Positions 1 through 10,006 of a stretch of 64,000 nt of DNA are shown here, in pieces. The notes beneath the pieces were generated by a model. That model was given only the letters and a program-made list of their open reading frames with translations. It did not search any database and was not told the origin of the DNA. The translations under genes and the position numbers were made by a program. The stretch covers positions 81,640-145,639 of the forward strand of contig CAZRJH010000003.1 of assembly GCA_964600575.1 (NCBI GenBank), written 5' to 3'. Origin of the DNA: an uncultured Gammaproteobacteria bacterium. GTDB taxonomy: Bacteria > Patescibacteriota > Microgenomatia > UBA8517. Position 1 is the stretch's first letter; the number at the start of each line of letters is the position of its first letter.

Positions 1-2
1 AC

Positions 3-392
3 CAAAATTATCGAAACTTAGATGAATATCTGCAAAGATCAATCAGATACGCAAGCATAGAATCGGTTGAATTGATCAAAAACGGTTACGATTTTTCCTG
101 GAAAGACCTTGTTACAAAGCCCGCCAACGAATTTTTTAGCAGATATTTTTTTGGTTTAGGTTATAAAGACGGTATTCATGGTCTTGCCGTCGGCCTTTTG
201 CAGTCGTTTTCGGAACTTTTAATTTATCTTAAGGTTTGGGAAAACAAAAAGTTTATTGAAAACGAAGTCAGCTTAAGGGAGGTTAATCATGTAATTTCAA
301 AAAATATAAAAGATCTTAAATACTGGCAGCATGAATCAAATTTTAAAGAAACGGGAAATATTATGGACTTCATAAAAAAGAAAATAAGATGA
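3..392 (+). CDS. GT2 glycosyltransferase (WaaE/KdtX-like), C-terminal part; 5' end lies outside the window
   Basis: Frame is open from base 3 (QNYRNLDEYLQRSIRYASIE...EFFSRYFFGLGYKDGIHG). It resembles the C-termini of the GT2s at 1327 and 19143. Confidence 0.75.
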   Translation, partial: QNYRNLDEYLQRSIRYASIESVELIKNGYDFSWKDLVTKPANEFFSRYFFGLGYKDGIHGLAVGLLQSFSELLIYLKVWENKKFIENEVSLREVNHVISKNIKDLKYWQHESNFKETGNIMDFIKKKIR

Positions 393-1330
393 AAAAAAGA
401 ATTAAAGTATCAATAATCATTTTAACCTGGAATGCTTGCAAAATGACTTTGGAACAACTTAAAGATGCCTCCAAATTAGATACAAGCGGACTAGATGTCG
501 AAATGATAATCGTTGATAACGGCTCGATAGATGAAACTCAAGAAAAACTTTCGGAATATAAAATGCCCAATATGTCGTATAAGTTTATAGAAACCGGTAA
601 AAACCTCGGATTTGCGGGCGGAAATAATTTTGGTATAAAAGATGCCTTAGGCAGAGGATCAGATTATATGATCTTAATGAACAACGACCTAATTCTTTCT
701 AAAAACATAATTAAGAGTTTGGTGGATTTAGCGGAGTCGGATGTAAACATAGGACTAATAGCTCCAAAGATGTATTTTGCAAAAGGATACGAATTCCATA
801 AGAACAGATATAACCCAAAAGATTTAGGCAACGTAATCTGGTATGCCGGCGGAATCATTGACAGGGATAACGTTTACTCCGAACACAGGGGTGTAGACGA
901 GGTGGATAAGGGTCAATACGACAAGATTCAAGAAACAGACTTCGCCAACGGTGCTTGTGTCCTGGTGTCCAGAAAACTAGTAGAAAAGATTGGAGTGATT
1001 GATGAAACATTCTTTTTGTATTGGGAGGATGCCGATTATTCGGAAAGTGCCAGAATAGCAGGTTTTAAAGTTATTTATACTCCCGATACGTGGTTGTGGC
1101 ACATGGTTTCTGCAAGCACGGGTAGTAGCGGTAGTCCTTCAAACGACTATTTTTTAACCAGGAATAGGCTAATATTCGGATTAAGATACTCACCCTTAAG
1201 GACTAAGTTTGCCTTGTTCCGCGATAGTATTAGGCTGCTTTTTACGGGAAGGCATTGGCAAAAATTGGGAGTTGTCGATTTTTACTTGGGCAACTGGGGC
1301 CCGGGTAGGTGGCTCAAAAGAAAAAAATGA
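389..1330 (+). CDS. GT2 glycosyltransferase (WbbL/RfbF rhamnosyltransferase-like)
   Basis: VSIIILTWN, VDNGS, NLGFAGGNN, MNND, FFLYWEDADY motifs; ATGA overlap with the upstream stop. Confidence 0.9.
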   Translation: MKKRIKVSIIILTWNACKMTLEQLKDASKLDTSGLDVEMIIVDNGSIDETQEKLSEYKMPNMSYKFIETGKNLGFAGGNNFGIKDALGRGSDYMILMNNDLILSKNIIKSLVDLAESDVNIGLIAPKMYFAKGYEFHKNRYNPKDLGNVIWYAGGIIDRDNVYSEHRGVDEVDKGQYDKIQETDFANGACVLVSRKLVEKIGVIDETFFLYWEDADYSESARIAGFKVIYTPDTWLWHMVSASTGSSGSPSNDYFLTRNRLIFGLRYSPLRTKFALFRDSIRLLFTGRHWQKLGVVDFYLGNWGPGRWLKRKK

Positions 1331-2031
1331 GTAAAATTAGCGCAATCCTTCTTGTCGGAGGCGACTACAACGAGAAGTTATACAAAAAATGTTTGGAGTC
1401 CGTTACTTTTTGTGATGAGGTAATCAAAGTTCCCACTAAAGATATACCGGGAAGTTTTTCTGAGTGGCGCAATTGGGGTGCCGATAAAGCCAGGGGTGAT
1501 TGGCTTTTGTATGTTGATATCGACGAGGAGGTTACTCCGGAGTTAAAAAAAGAAATATTGGACTCGGTGGAAAGTGATGAATTTTCGGCATACGCATTTC
1601 CCAGGAAAAATATACTTTTGGGCAAAAATTTAACCCGAGGAGGTTGGTATCCGGACTACGTTCTCCGTCTGATTAAAAAGGAAAAGTTGAAAGGTTGGAG
1701 CGGAAGGTTACATGAGCAGCCCAAAGTAGAAGGTAGTATTTCCCATCTTAAAAACACATTGACACATGTAAGTCATAGAAGTATTTCGGAAATGATTAAA
1801 AAAACCAATCAGTGGTCCCGGCCCGAAGCACAGCTGCTCTTTGAATCGGGGCATCCCCCCATGAATATTTTCCGTTTTTTTACGGCGGGTTTTAGGGAAT
1901 TTTGGAAAAGAGGAATTATTTTGGGCGGCCTTTTAGACGGCACAATCGGCGCTGTCGAAGTTTTTTATCAGACTTTTAGTCGTCTTGTAACTTATACAAA
2001 ACTTTGGGAAATGCAAATCAACAAAAAATGA
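1327..2031 (+). CDS. GT2 glycosyltransferase (WaaE/KdtX beta-glucosyltransferase-like)
   Basis: FSEWRN, WLLYVDIDE (DxD), GWYPDYVLRL, LHEQP. Start placed at ATG 1327 (ATGA overlap). Confidence 0.88.
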   Translation: MSKISAILLVGGDYNEKLYKKCLESVTFCDEVIKVPTKDIPGSFSEWRNWGADKARGDWLLYVDIDEEVTPELKKEILDSVESDEFSAYAFPRKNILLGKNLTRGGWYPDYVLRLIKKEKLKGWSGRLHEQPKVEGSISHLKNTLTHVSHRSISEMIKKTNQWSRPEAQLLFESGHPPMNIFRFFTAGFREFWKRGIILGGLLDGTIGAVEVFYQTFSRLVTYTKLWEMQINKK

Positions 2032-3050
2032 GAGCTGCAATATTTAATCCTTACTTTGACACCTTGGGTGGTGGGGAGCGTTATACTGCCGAGGTTGCTC
2101 GTACGCTGTTAAAAAACGGCTACGAGGTAGATATAGAGTGGAACAACGAATCTTTGATCAAAAATATTATGCTTCGTTTTGGGATTAACATACAAGGAGC
2201 CAGAGTTGTCGCCGATATAGGAAGGGGAGATGGTTACGATTTAACTTTTTGGGTTTCCGACGGTAGCGTCCCTACGCTAAAATCAAGAAAAAACATTCTT
2301 CATTTCCAAGTTCCTTTTCAAAAAGTGTCCGGGTCAAGTCTGGTTAACAGAATGAAGATGTATCGAATCGATCATGTGGTATGTAACTCCTATTTTACAA
2401 AGGAGGTTATTGATAAAGAGTTTTCGGTTAAAAGCGTTGTGGTTTACCCCCCTGTAGAGGTCGATAAATTTTTATCAAAAAGAAAAGAAAACACAATATT
2501 GTATGTAGGCAGATTCTCAAAACTTAAACAGTCCAAAAGGCAGGATGTTCTGGTAGAAGCTTTTAAAGAATTATATGATTCGGGGCTTAGAGATTGGAAA
2601 ATGGTTTTGGCGGGAGGGTCGGAGGTTGGAGATTCGGACTTTTCGGATTTTCTAAAAAAACAGTCCCAGGGATATCCGATACGCTTTGTTAAAAGCCCTA
2701 ACTTTAAAGAAATTACAAATTTATTCGGAGTCTCCAAGATTTTTTGGTCTGCCTCGGGTTTTGGAGTGGAGGAGGGTGTAAGCCCCGATCTGGTTGAGCA
2801 TTTTGGCATAACTGTAGTAGAGGCGATGGCAAGCGGAGGTGTTCCTTTTGTTTATAACGCAGGCGGTCACAAAGAAATAATAGACGAAGGAGTTAACGGT
2901 TTTTTGTGGAATACTACGGATGAATTAAAAAACAAAACACAAATATTTATAAAAGAAAACAAATTTAACTTGTTGTCCAAAGAAGCTAAAGCCAAAAGTG
3001 TTAAATTTTCCGCGGAAGAGTTCGAAAAGGCCTTTTTAGAGCTTGTTTAA
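2028..3050 (+). CDS. GT4 glycosyltransferase
   Basis: GGGERY, YVGRF, KRQD, EHFGITVVEAMASG (E-x7-E). Start placed at ATG 2028 (ATGA overlap). Confidence 0.9.
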   Translation: MRAAIFNPYFDTLGGGERYTAEVARTLLKNGYEVDIEWNNESLIKNIMLRFGINIQGARVVADIGRGDGYDLTFWVSDGSVPTLKSRKNILHFQVPFQKVSGSSLVNRMKMYRIDHVVCNSYFTKEVIDKEFSVKSVVVYPPVEVDKFLSKRKENTILYVGRFSKLKQSKRQDVLVEAFKELYDSGLRDWKMVLAGGSEVGDSDFSDFLKKQSQGYPIRFVKSPNFKEITNLFGVSKIFWSASGFGVEEGVSPDLVEHFGITVVEAMASGGVPFVYNAGGHKEIIDEGVNGFLWNTTDELKNKTQIFIKENKFNLLSKEAKAKSVKFSAEEFEKAFLELV

Positions 3051-3068
3051 CTACTGGCGTTGTTGGGT

Positions 3069-3074
3069 TATACT
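3069..3074 (+). promoter_or_regulatory. Putative -10 element (leaderless-type)
   Basis: TATACT followed by 6 nt and then ATG 3081. Confidence 0.5.
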
Positions 3075-3080
3075 GCAAAC

Positions 3081-3980
3081 ATGTCAAAAAAGTACAAAGT
3101 CTCAATTATTATTCCAAATTTGAACGGGGAAAAACTTATGGAAAAGAATCTGCCTTTTTTTATGAAAGCCTGGGCCAATAAAGAAAACTCAATCTTGGAA
3201 ATGATAATAGTAGATGACGGAAGTTGGGATGGAAGTGTAAATTTTTTAAAAAACAATTATCCAAAAATTAGAGTAATTAAACACAAAACCAATAGAGGTT
3301 TTTCCGCGGCCGTAAACACTGGAGCCCGTGCTGCAAAGGGAGATTTATTACTACTTATCAATACTGATGTTATTCCTCAAGACAACTTTCTTGAAAGTGC
3401 CACCAAACTTTTCGATGATGCAAAGGTGTTTGCCGTTTCGCTTCATGAAAAAAATTACGGTCCGGCAAAAGGTAGTTTTTCGGAGGGTTACATTCAGTTG
3501 GCAATGGGTTTAGAAACAAAAGAAATTCAGCAAAGTTTTTATGTCAGCGGCGGGAGCGGTCTTTTTAGAAGGGAATATTGGATGGAGATGGGGGGTATGG
3601 ATGAAAAACTTTTGTCACCGTTTTATTGGGAGGACATAGACATTTGTTATCGTGCATCCAAACGCGGTTATATTAATTTGTGGTCACCCGACGGCAAAGT
3701 AGTTCACAATCACGAATCTACAATTAGTAAGTTGTCAAAAACTTATGTTCAAAGAGTCAGAGAAAGAAATCAACTTCTCGTTATTTGGAAAAACATACAC
3801 AGCATTAATTTGATGCGAAAACATGTAATGGGAGTCTTTAAAAGACTGGTATTGCACCCGGGCTATATCCGGATAGTGATATTTGCACTTACTCGTCTCC
3901 CTGCCGCACTAAAGGCAAGGAAAAAGGAAATTAAAGAAAGCAAACTCTCAGATGAGCTAATATTATCAAGGTTCAACTAA
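3081..3980 (+). CDS. GT2 glycosyltransferase (WbbL-like)
   Basis: VSIIIPN, VDDGS, NRGFSAAVN, INTD, YWEDIDI. ATG 3081 preferred over TTG 3060. Confidence 0.9.
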   Translation: MSKKYKVSIIIPNLNGEKLMEKNLPFFMKAWANKENSILEMIIVDDGSWDGSVNFLKNNYPKIRVIKHKTNRGFSAAVNTGARAAKGDLLLLINTDVIPQDNFLESATKLFDDAKVFAVSLHEKNYGPAKGSFSEGYIQLAMGLETKEIQQSFYVSGGSGLFRREYWMEMGGMDEKLLSPFYWEDIDICYRASKRGYINLWSPDGKVVHNHESTISKLSKTYVQRVRERNQLLVIWKNIHSINLMRKHVMGVFKRLVLHPGYIRIVIFALTRLPAALKARKKEIKESKLSDELILSRFN

Positions 3981-4820
3981 ATGACATTTGATTTATCAAT
4001 TGTAATAGTAAATTTAAACACCAAAGATCTCACTTTGGGTTGCCTCGAATCAATCAAAAAATATTCCAGCGAAGCAAAAATTGAGGTACTTCTAACAGAC
4101 AACGGGTCAAACGACGGTTCCGTTTCGGCATTCCAACAACTTAAAAAACAAGATTTCTGGAGAGAGAGACTAACTTTAATTTTAAACGACAGTAATACGG
4201 GTTACGCAAAAGCAAACAATCAGGGTTATAAAAAAGCAAAAGGAAAATATATTTTTCTTTTAAATAACGACACTGTTCTTCATAAAAACGCTCTCAAAAA
4301 TTTACTGAAGTTTGCCGAAAAAACCGAGGACGCAGGTGTTGTGGGGTCAAGACTTTTGAATATCGACGGCTCGCTTCAGATGTCTTGTTATCATTTTCCA
4401 ACTTTATCTAATGCCATAAAAGAATATTGGTTTGGTAAAAAAGGGCTCTTTGAGAAGTTTGCCCCCCAAGGGAACAGGCCTGTTTCTGTAGATTCGGTCG
4501 TAGGTGCTGCATTTTTGATAACACCAAAAGCTCAAAAACTTGTAGGCATGCTCGATGAGAGATATTTCGCATATTTCGAGGATATCGATTACTGCAGGCA
4601 AACTTGGAAAAAAGGACTTAGAGTTTACTATTTACCCAACTCCGTAATTACTCATTATCACGGGGCCACTTTTAAAAAGTTAGCAAACGAAGCCGAACGA
4701 TGGAAGAAGCTGATTCCTTCCAGTAAGGTTTATCACGGGTTTTTTATGCACTATATTATTAACTCTGTTTTGTGGGTGGGGCAAAAATGGCAAAAAGTTA
4801 TATCTAAATTCTCTCCATAA
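3981..4820 (+). CDS. GT2 glycosyltransferase (WbbL-like)
   Basis: LSIVIVN, DNGSND, NTGYAKANN, LLNND, YFAYFEDIDYC. Confidence 0.9.
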   Translation: MTFDLSIVIVNLNTKDLTLGCLESIKKYSSEAKIEVLLTDNGSNDGSVSAFQQLKKQDFWRERLTLILNDSNTGYAKANNQGYKKAKGKYIFLLNNDTVLHKNALKNLLKFAEKTEDAGVVGSRLLNIDGSLQMSCYHFPTLSNAIKEYWFGKKGLFEKFAPQGNRPVSVDSVVGAAFLITPKAQKLVGMLDERYFAYFEDIDYCRQTWKKGLRVYYLPNSVITHYHGATFKKLANEAERWKKLIPSSKVYHGFFMHYIINSVLWVGQKWQKVISKFSP

Positions 4821-6489
4821 ATATATATTCCTCGCTTCCGTCTTTTCGTTTGATCTTTTCGGTAACTTTAGCAGGCAGGCCTGCTTTTATCTGGCTGTCG
4901 TATGCGCAATTGTACGAAACTATTACGAGCAATTTTTTGTCGGAATATTTTGTAAACGCATATTCAGACGGGCATTTATCTTCGGTAAAAACAATGTTTT
5001 GCCAAACTCTTTCGTTGGTGGTTTTTTTATATGTTGATTTATTAAACAATCCCGGCTCTAGTTTGTTGAAAAACGCGTACCAAGGATAGGGGCTGTCGGG
5101 AAAATTTGTAACAACTATTTTGTCATAAGCATCTTTCTTTTCATTTACTTTTTGAACCAAGTCCATCATTCCGGAATTTCTAAATGTAGGGCTATCTACA
5201 AACAGATTCTTGTAAAAAGGTTTGTGATAAAAAGAGTGGCTGTAATACATATGCAAAAAATAAACCAGAAAAACAGCAGTTACAGTAAATAATGAAAAAA
5301 ATACCCACCCTCTTATTTTTTTGTTCAGATTTGTCAAAAAAATTAAACCTTGGGCCTCAATCATTACCAAAAAAGCGGTCATGATAAAGGCCCTGTGTAG
5401 ATTTGGCGAGTCCTCTGCTGTAATAGCTGCCGGTATGGGGGAGAGTAACAAAAATAGCAAAGGCAAAAATGAATTTTTACCTTTTGCTATCTGAGCTAAC
5501 CCTAAAATTAAAAGTAAAATTTCGGCGTAATTAAGAAGTCCTACTCCGGGTGTTGCGTATCTATAGGGTCTGGCATCATAGCCTATTAAAAAACCGGAAC
5601 TAAAATAATTTCCGTAAGACATTGCAACCGCCTTTAAATAAACTGTAACCTTGTTGTCAAAAACTTTAGATGTTAATTTTGGATTTGCGTTTTCATCCCG
5701 AATTCTCTGTAATTCATACGCGGAGTCAATGCTTTTAAGTACAGATACCTGGCTTAATCTGGAAAATCCTCCCGAGGTAGAACTAAAAAATGCCGTAATA
5801 ACAAACACCAAAACTGCAGTAATAATAAATCTTTTAATTAAACCTTTTTTAACAAGTATCTTGTAAAAAAACAAAATGAAACTTACATAAAAAAACGGAG
5901 CCAAAAGTCTCATTGAGTGGTAGAACATGTTTGCCACAAAAATCGAAAACACCGAAAATATTAGATATCTGATTTTTGTCTTTTCCAAAGACAAGAGTAA
6001 TAAATACATAGACAAGACTCCAAAAAAAAGTGATATAGCCGCCTCGCTAGTTGCACGGGAAACTTCGATATGCCATGCTGACACCGCCATAAATATTGCG
6101 GCAAAATTACCCGGTGTTAAACCTAATATTTTTCTATTTTTCTTTTCCAGTTTGTCTAAAAACAGTGAAACTATAATTACGGTTAATGCACCAAAAAAAG
6201 CAGACATAAACCTTGTTGCAAAAATAGTGTTTCCAAATAACAAAACAGAAGGGATCGCTGCTAAAAAAATTCCGGTAGGACGATAATCTCCGAATGAGTC
6301 GTAATAAAGCCCCGGCTTTTGGTTGTGGTCGTCTAAACCGCTTTTGATTATAGAGTAAGCGTTCCAGCCGACTTTGGCTTCATCAACATGGAAACCCCAC
6401 GGGAAATCGGATAGGTAAGCAAGTCTTAAAAGTAGGGCAAAAATAAATATCCAAAATAAGGGTTTTTTGAGTATTTTTTTAATATTCAC
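4804..6489 (-). CDS. GT-C membrane glycosyltransferase (ArnT/PMT-like), array paralog 1
   Basis: After TM1: DEAKVGWNAYSIIKSGLD...SFGDYRP. Many TM segments and a soluble C-terminal domain. Confidence 0.85.
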   Translation of the reverse strand: MNIKKILKKPLFWIFIFALLLRLAYLSDFPWGFHVDEAKVGWNAYSIIKSGLDDHNQKPGLYYDSFGDYRPTGIFLAAIPSVLLFGNTIFATRFMSAFFGALTVIIVSLFLDKLEKKNRKILGLTPGNFAAIFMAVSAWHIEVSRATSEAAISLFFGVLSMYLLLLSLEKTKIRYLIFSVFSIFVANMFYHSMRLLAPFFYVSFILFFYKILVKKGLIKRFIITAVLVFVITAFFSSTSGGFSRLSQVSVLKSIDSAYELQRIRDENANPKLTSKVFDNKVTVYLKAVAMSYGNYFSSGFLIGYDARPYRYATPGVGLLNYAEILLLILGLAQIAKGKNSFLPLLFLLLSPIPAAITAEDSPNLHRAFIMTAFLVMIEAQGLIFLTNLNKKIRGWVFFSLFTVTAVFLVYFLHMYYSHSFYHKPFYKNLFVDSPTFRNSGMMDLVQKVNEKKDAYDKIVVTNFPDSPYPWYAFFNKLEPGLFNKSTYKKTTNERVWQNIVFTEDKCPSEYAFTKYSDKKLLVIVSYNCAYDSQIKAGLPAKVTEKIKRKDGSEEYIFMERI

Positions 6490-6537
6490 TTTTTGCAGGT
6501 TTGATTTAGCAAGTGGAGTATACAGGAAGGTCTAAAA

Positions 6538-6546
6538 TGATACAAT
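6538..6546 (+). promoter_or_regulatory. Putative extended -10 element (TGnTACAAT), leaderless-type
   Basis: TGATACAAT followed by 7 nt and then ATG 6554, in a divergent gap. An opposite-strand TATACT lies at 6517-6522. Confidence 0.6.
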
Positions 6547-6553
6547 TCTAATT

Positions 6554-8269
6554 ATGTCGGGCAAGATTAAGAAATATTTTTTAGTCATCATTCTCTTGCT
6601 GGCGTCTTTTTTAAGATTTAATAATCTTTCTTCAAATCCCCCTTCTATGTTTGGTGACGAACTCGACCTGGGATATCATGCTTATTCAATTTTAAAAACA
6701 GGACGGGATTATCAGGGGAACTTTGCTCCTATCAACTTTCATTCGCTGGCGGAATGGCGAACCCCGTTGTATCTTTACTCTGCGGTTCCAAGTGTTTTTA
6801 TCTTTGGCATATCAGCATTGGGTGTAAGGTTGCCCGCGGCTATTTTTGGAGTCCTTGGAGTGTGGGCTATATATCTTCTTTGTAAAAAGTTATTCGATTC
6901 CAAAAACGCTGGGATGATTGCCGCCTTTCTCTTAGCCGTTTCTCCTTGGCATATTCAGTATTCCAGAGCAGGTTTCGAAGTAACGGAAATGCTTTTTTTC
7001 CTTACAATCGGAGTATATTTTTATCTAAAGTCGTTCGATAACTCTAAGTATTTATGGTTGTCTGTTTTGTTTTTGGTTACAACCGCATGGGTTTATTCCA
7101 CAGCCAAACTTTTTACCCCATTTTTTATTTTGTTTCTGTTTGTCATCAATCATAAGGATATACTCAAATTTCCCAAAAACGATTTATTTAAAACTTTGAT
7201 CGTCGGTGCGGTTGTCGGTCTACCGCTCGTTTACGGAATATTTTTCGGGGGAGGGTCTCAGCGATTTAATTATATTAGTGTTTTTGCAGACCCCACAACC
7301 GAACCGGAAATAGGCAGCTCAAGAAGCATAGACTCTTTTGCTAGGGGAGAAACAGGGCTTGCCTTAAAACCCAAATTAATCGATAGGGTAATTCACAATA
7401 AATTTACATACTGGAGTAGTCAGATAATCACGAATTATTTCAAATCTTTTTCGACCCAATTCTTGTTTATAAAAGGCGACCCAAACCCCAGGCAGTCAGT
7501 TGGAGTGGGTGAGCTGTACAAGATAGAAATACTATCCCTAATTTTAGGTATAGTATTTTTCCTAACATCAAAGATTAACGGCAAATTAAAAATATTATTA
7601 TTATTTTGGTTGACGCTTTCACCATTACCCGCGGCTTTAACCAAAGACGGGGGTGATCATGCTACAAGGCTGATACTTATGCTTATTCCACTTACGGCAC
7701 TTTCGGCTTATGGATGGTTCTCTTTGTATTCCAACCTTTCAGGTGTTTTCAAAATAATTTTCGTACCTGTTTTGATAGTTGCCTATATTTTTAGCTTTTT
7801 CTTATATCTACATGAATATTTTGTTCATTATCCGTACTCGAGTGAAAGATGGTGGCATTATGGTTGGGGGCAGGCTCTAGCAGAAGTTAAAAAGATAGAT
7901 TCAAATTATGACAAGGTAATTATTTCTATGGCAGGCGAACCAGCTTGGATATTTTTTGCCGCATATTACCAATACGACCCTGTTAAATGGCAGAACGACT
8001 ATCCAATAGGAAAAGATGTTGAGTTAAAAGGTTTCGGCAATGTCTCCCATATAAATAAATATTATTTTGGAAGTCCTCAGAGTGATGTGCAAATCTACGG
8101 ACTTTCAAAAGTGATAGACGGTAAAACAATTTACCTGGCCAACGCTAAAGAAGTGGGTGAGAACTTAATAATAAATCCCGACAAAACCCCTTCGGGCCTC
8201 CGTTTGATAAAAGCAATTCCGTTTTTAACGGGTGAGCCGGCTTTCTACCTTTTTGACATAAAAAATTGA
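6554..8269 (+). CDS. GT-C membrane glycosyltransferase (ArnT/PMT-like), array paralog 2
   Basis: DELDLGYHAYSILKTGRD...SLAEWRTP, SPWHIQYSRAGFE; multi-TM. Confidence 0.87.
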   Translation: MSGKIKKYFLVIILLLASFLRFNNLSSNPPSMFGDELDLGYHAYSILKTGRDYQGNFAPINFHSLAEWRTPLYLYSAVPSVFIFGISALGVRLPAAIFGVLGVWAIYLLCKKLFDSKNAGMIAAFLLAVSPWHIQYSRAGFEVTEMLFFLTIGVYFYLKSFDNSKYLWLSVLFLVTTAWVYSTAKLFTPFFILFLFVINHKDILKFPKNDLFKTLIVGAVVGLPLVYGIFFGGGSQRFNYISVFADPTTEPEIGSSRSIDSFARGETGLALKPKLIDRVIHNKFTYWSSQIITNYFKSFSTQFLFIKGDPNPRQSVGVGELYKIEILSLILGIVFFLTSKINGKLKILLLFWLTLSPLPAALTKDGGDHATRLILMLIPLTALSAYGWFSLYSNLSGVFKIIFVPVLIVAYIFSFFLYLHEYFVHYPYSSERWWHYGWGQALAEVKKIDSNYDKVIISMAGEPAWIFFAAYYQYDPVKWQNDYPIGKDVELKGFGNVSHINKYYFGSPQSDVQIYGLSKVIDGKTIYLANAKEVGENLIINPDKTPSGLRLIKAIPFLTGEPAFYLFDIKN

Positions 8270-8293
8270 AATTATATGCCATCAATAATGTAA

Positions 8294-8318
8294 TTTTTCG
8301 TTGCCTCGCAACGTAAAA
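8294..8318. other. Short inverted repeat (hairpin) between convergent genes
   Basis: CGTTGC-CTC-GCAACG (8299-8313), flanked by TTTTT and TAAAA. No 3' U-tract on either strand, so it is not a canonical intrinsic terminator. Confidence 0.35.
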
Positions 8319-8320
8319 GA

Positions 8321-10006
8321 TTAAATAGTCTTTCTTTTACTCATTACCGCCTCCCATTCCGGATTAGTTTTAACAATTCTGTAAGCGACCGTTCCGTCGG
8401 GGTATCTTATTTCTTTTATTAATTCTAGTTTATGAACTTTTATTTGATCCAAAGATATACCCAGCTCATCGGCGACCAAATACTCATCTTTGGTTAGGTC
8501 GGTCTTCCATTCAATTGGCCTTGTAACAAAACGACCTATGTGTTTTTGGGTGTTTCGTTTTAAATTCGTATAATATTCCGAATTTTCTACCTCAAAATTT
8601 TCTTTTTGATAAAGTTCGGGCGGATATTTTAAATAGAAAGCAATTTGTAAGTCGGGGTCGCTTCTGGCGTTATCAACAACTACGGGCAAATCGTCTTTGA
8701 TTTCCGAGATCGTTTTTACTACCTCCTGCCAACCCCAGTCCCAATATCTGGCCCTATAAAATTCGTTCAGAATAATTACCGAGCTGTAAAGTTTGAATAA
8801 CGATAAAACAAAAAGTCCGGCCAAAATAGAGCAAAAAAATATTTTTTGTAAGTTATTTTTAGTTAGTTTATAAACACCCAATATGCCGTAAGCAATAATA
8901 ATTAATTGGGGAACAACCAAAGGAAGTGCTCTAATTGTAGTATAAGGGTCGCGTGTTACGGCCGCTGGTATCGGGGAAACAAATAGTACTAAAAGTACTA
9001 AAAATTTAAAATCTGATGCTTTCTCTCTGATAATTCTCCAAAGCCCGTAAATATAAAAAGGAAACTGCCACAAAAAGAATGTAGAAAGCTCAGGGAAAGA
9101 ACTTCTCGGGCCGTAATCTCCAAGAACAAACATAAATCTAGGTGACAAATAAGAAAAATATAAACCCAAAAACTCCCTTGTAGACAAAAACCAGGAGCCG
9201 TTCACAAGCGGCCCTAATACCCCTTTATAAAAATCCAGAAATCCGTCCGGCATCTGTCTGGAATGCGAAAAAATATTTAACCCGCTTGCTCTGGCCAAAA
9301 AACCCGGTGTCCCCATAACGTTAATTGTCGGAAGACTAACTACAAATCCTATTAGCAGACCCCATACAAAATAAACAACTCTGTCTTTGTTAAGAATTAT
9401 TTTTTTGTATCTTATTAAAAGTAAAAGCATAGTAAGTGGAGTGATTATTCTTTGAGAGTGGTAAGCCGGGATAGCTATTGCAAATAAAAACGCGGACAAC
9501 AGAAGAAATTTTGGTTTTTCCAGGCTTTTGTAAAAAGTTAAGATTCCGCTTAAATAAAAAAACAATGCGACATTGCACTCAAAGTTGGTCCTCCCAAAAA
9601 GTATATGCCACGGAGATATTGCTAAAAGAAAAATACTAATAAGGGATAGCCCTACCGATCCCGTGAGTCTTTTTATTAACAAATAAAGGATGGGGAGGGT
9701 GGCTATGCTAAAAATAAAAGACGGAAGTCTTACTGTAAATGGGCTGAGTCCAAATACGGGTATCAATGGGGTAATTAAATATATGTAAACTGGAGTTTTA
9801 AAGTCGGTTAAAGATCTAAAAACTACAGGGAGTTCTTTACCAAATTCATCTTTCCCCGTTTTTAATATTGAATAAGCACTGTAACCCTGGCCAGCCTCGT
9901 CAACATAAAAGCCTTTAGGGGCATCTCCAAGCATAAATAACCGGGTTAGTACGGCAAGCGCAAGTGCGCAAACAATTAACAAGTGCTTAGAATAAGTTTT
10001 CAACAT
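8321..10006 (-). CDS. GT-C membrane glycosyltransferase (ArnT/PMT-like), array paralog 3
   Basis: DEAGQGYSAYSILKTGKDEFG...SLTDFKTP, SPWHILFGRTNFE. Confidence 0.87.
   Translation of the reverse strand: MLKTYSKHLLIVCALALAVLTRLFMLGDAPKGFYVDEAGQGYSAYSILKTGKDEFGKELPVVFRSLTDFKTPVYIYLITPLIPVFGLSPFTVRLPSFIFSIATLPILYLLIKRLTGSVGLSLISIFLLAISPWHILFGRTNFECNVALFFYLSGILTFYKSLEKPKFLLLSAFLFAIAIPAYHSQRIITPLTMLLLLIRYKKIILNKDRVVYFVWGLLIGFVVSLPTINVMGTPGFLARASGLNIFSHSRQMPDGFLDFYKGVLGPLVNGSWFLSTREFLGLYFSYLSPRFMFVLGDYGPRSSFPELSTFFLWQFPFYIYGLWRIIREKASDFKFLVLLVLFVSPIPAAVTRDPYTTIRALPLVVPQLIIIAYGILGVYKLTKNNLQKIFFCSILAGLFVLSLFKLYSSVIILNEFYRARYWDWGWQEVVKTISEIKDDLPVVVDNARSDPDLQIAFYLKYPPELYQKENFEVENSEYYTNLKRNTQKHIGRFVTRPIEWKTDLTKDEYLVADELGISLDQIKVHKLELIKEIRYPDGTVAYRIVKTNPEWEAVMSKRKTI

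Noticed and set aside
8294-8318. Bidirectional intrinsic terminator
   Set aside because: The hairpin has a 6-bp stem, but the T-run is 5' and the A-run is 3' on both strands, the reverse of terminator geometry. Kept only as a low-confidence hairpin.
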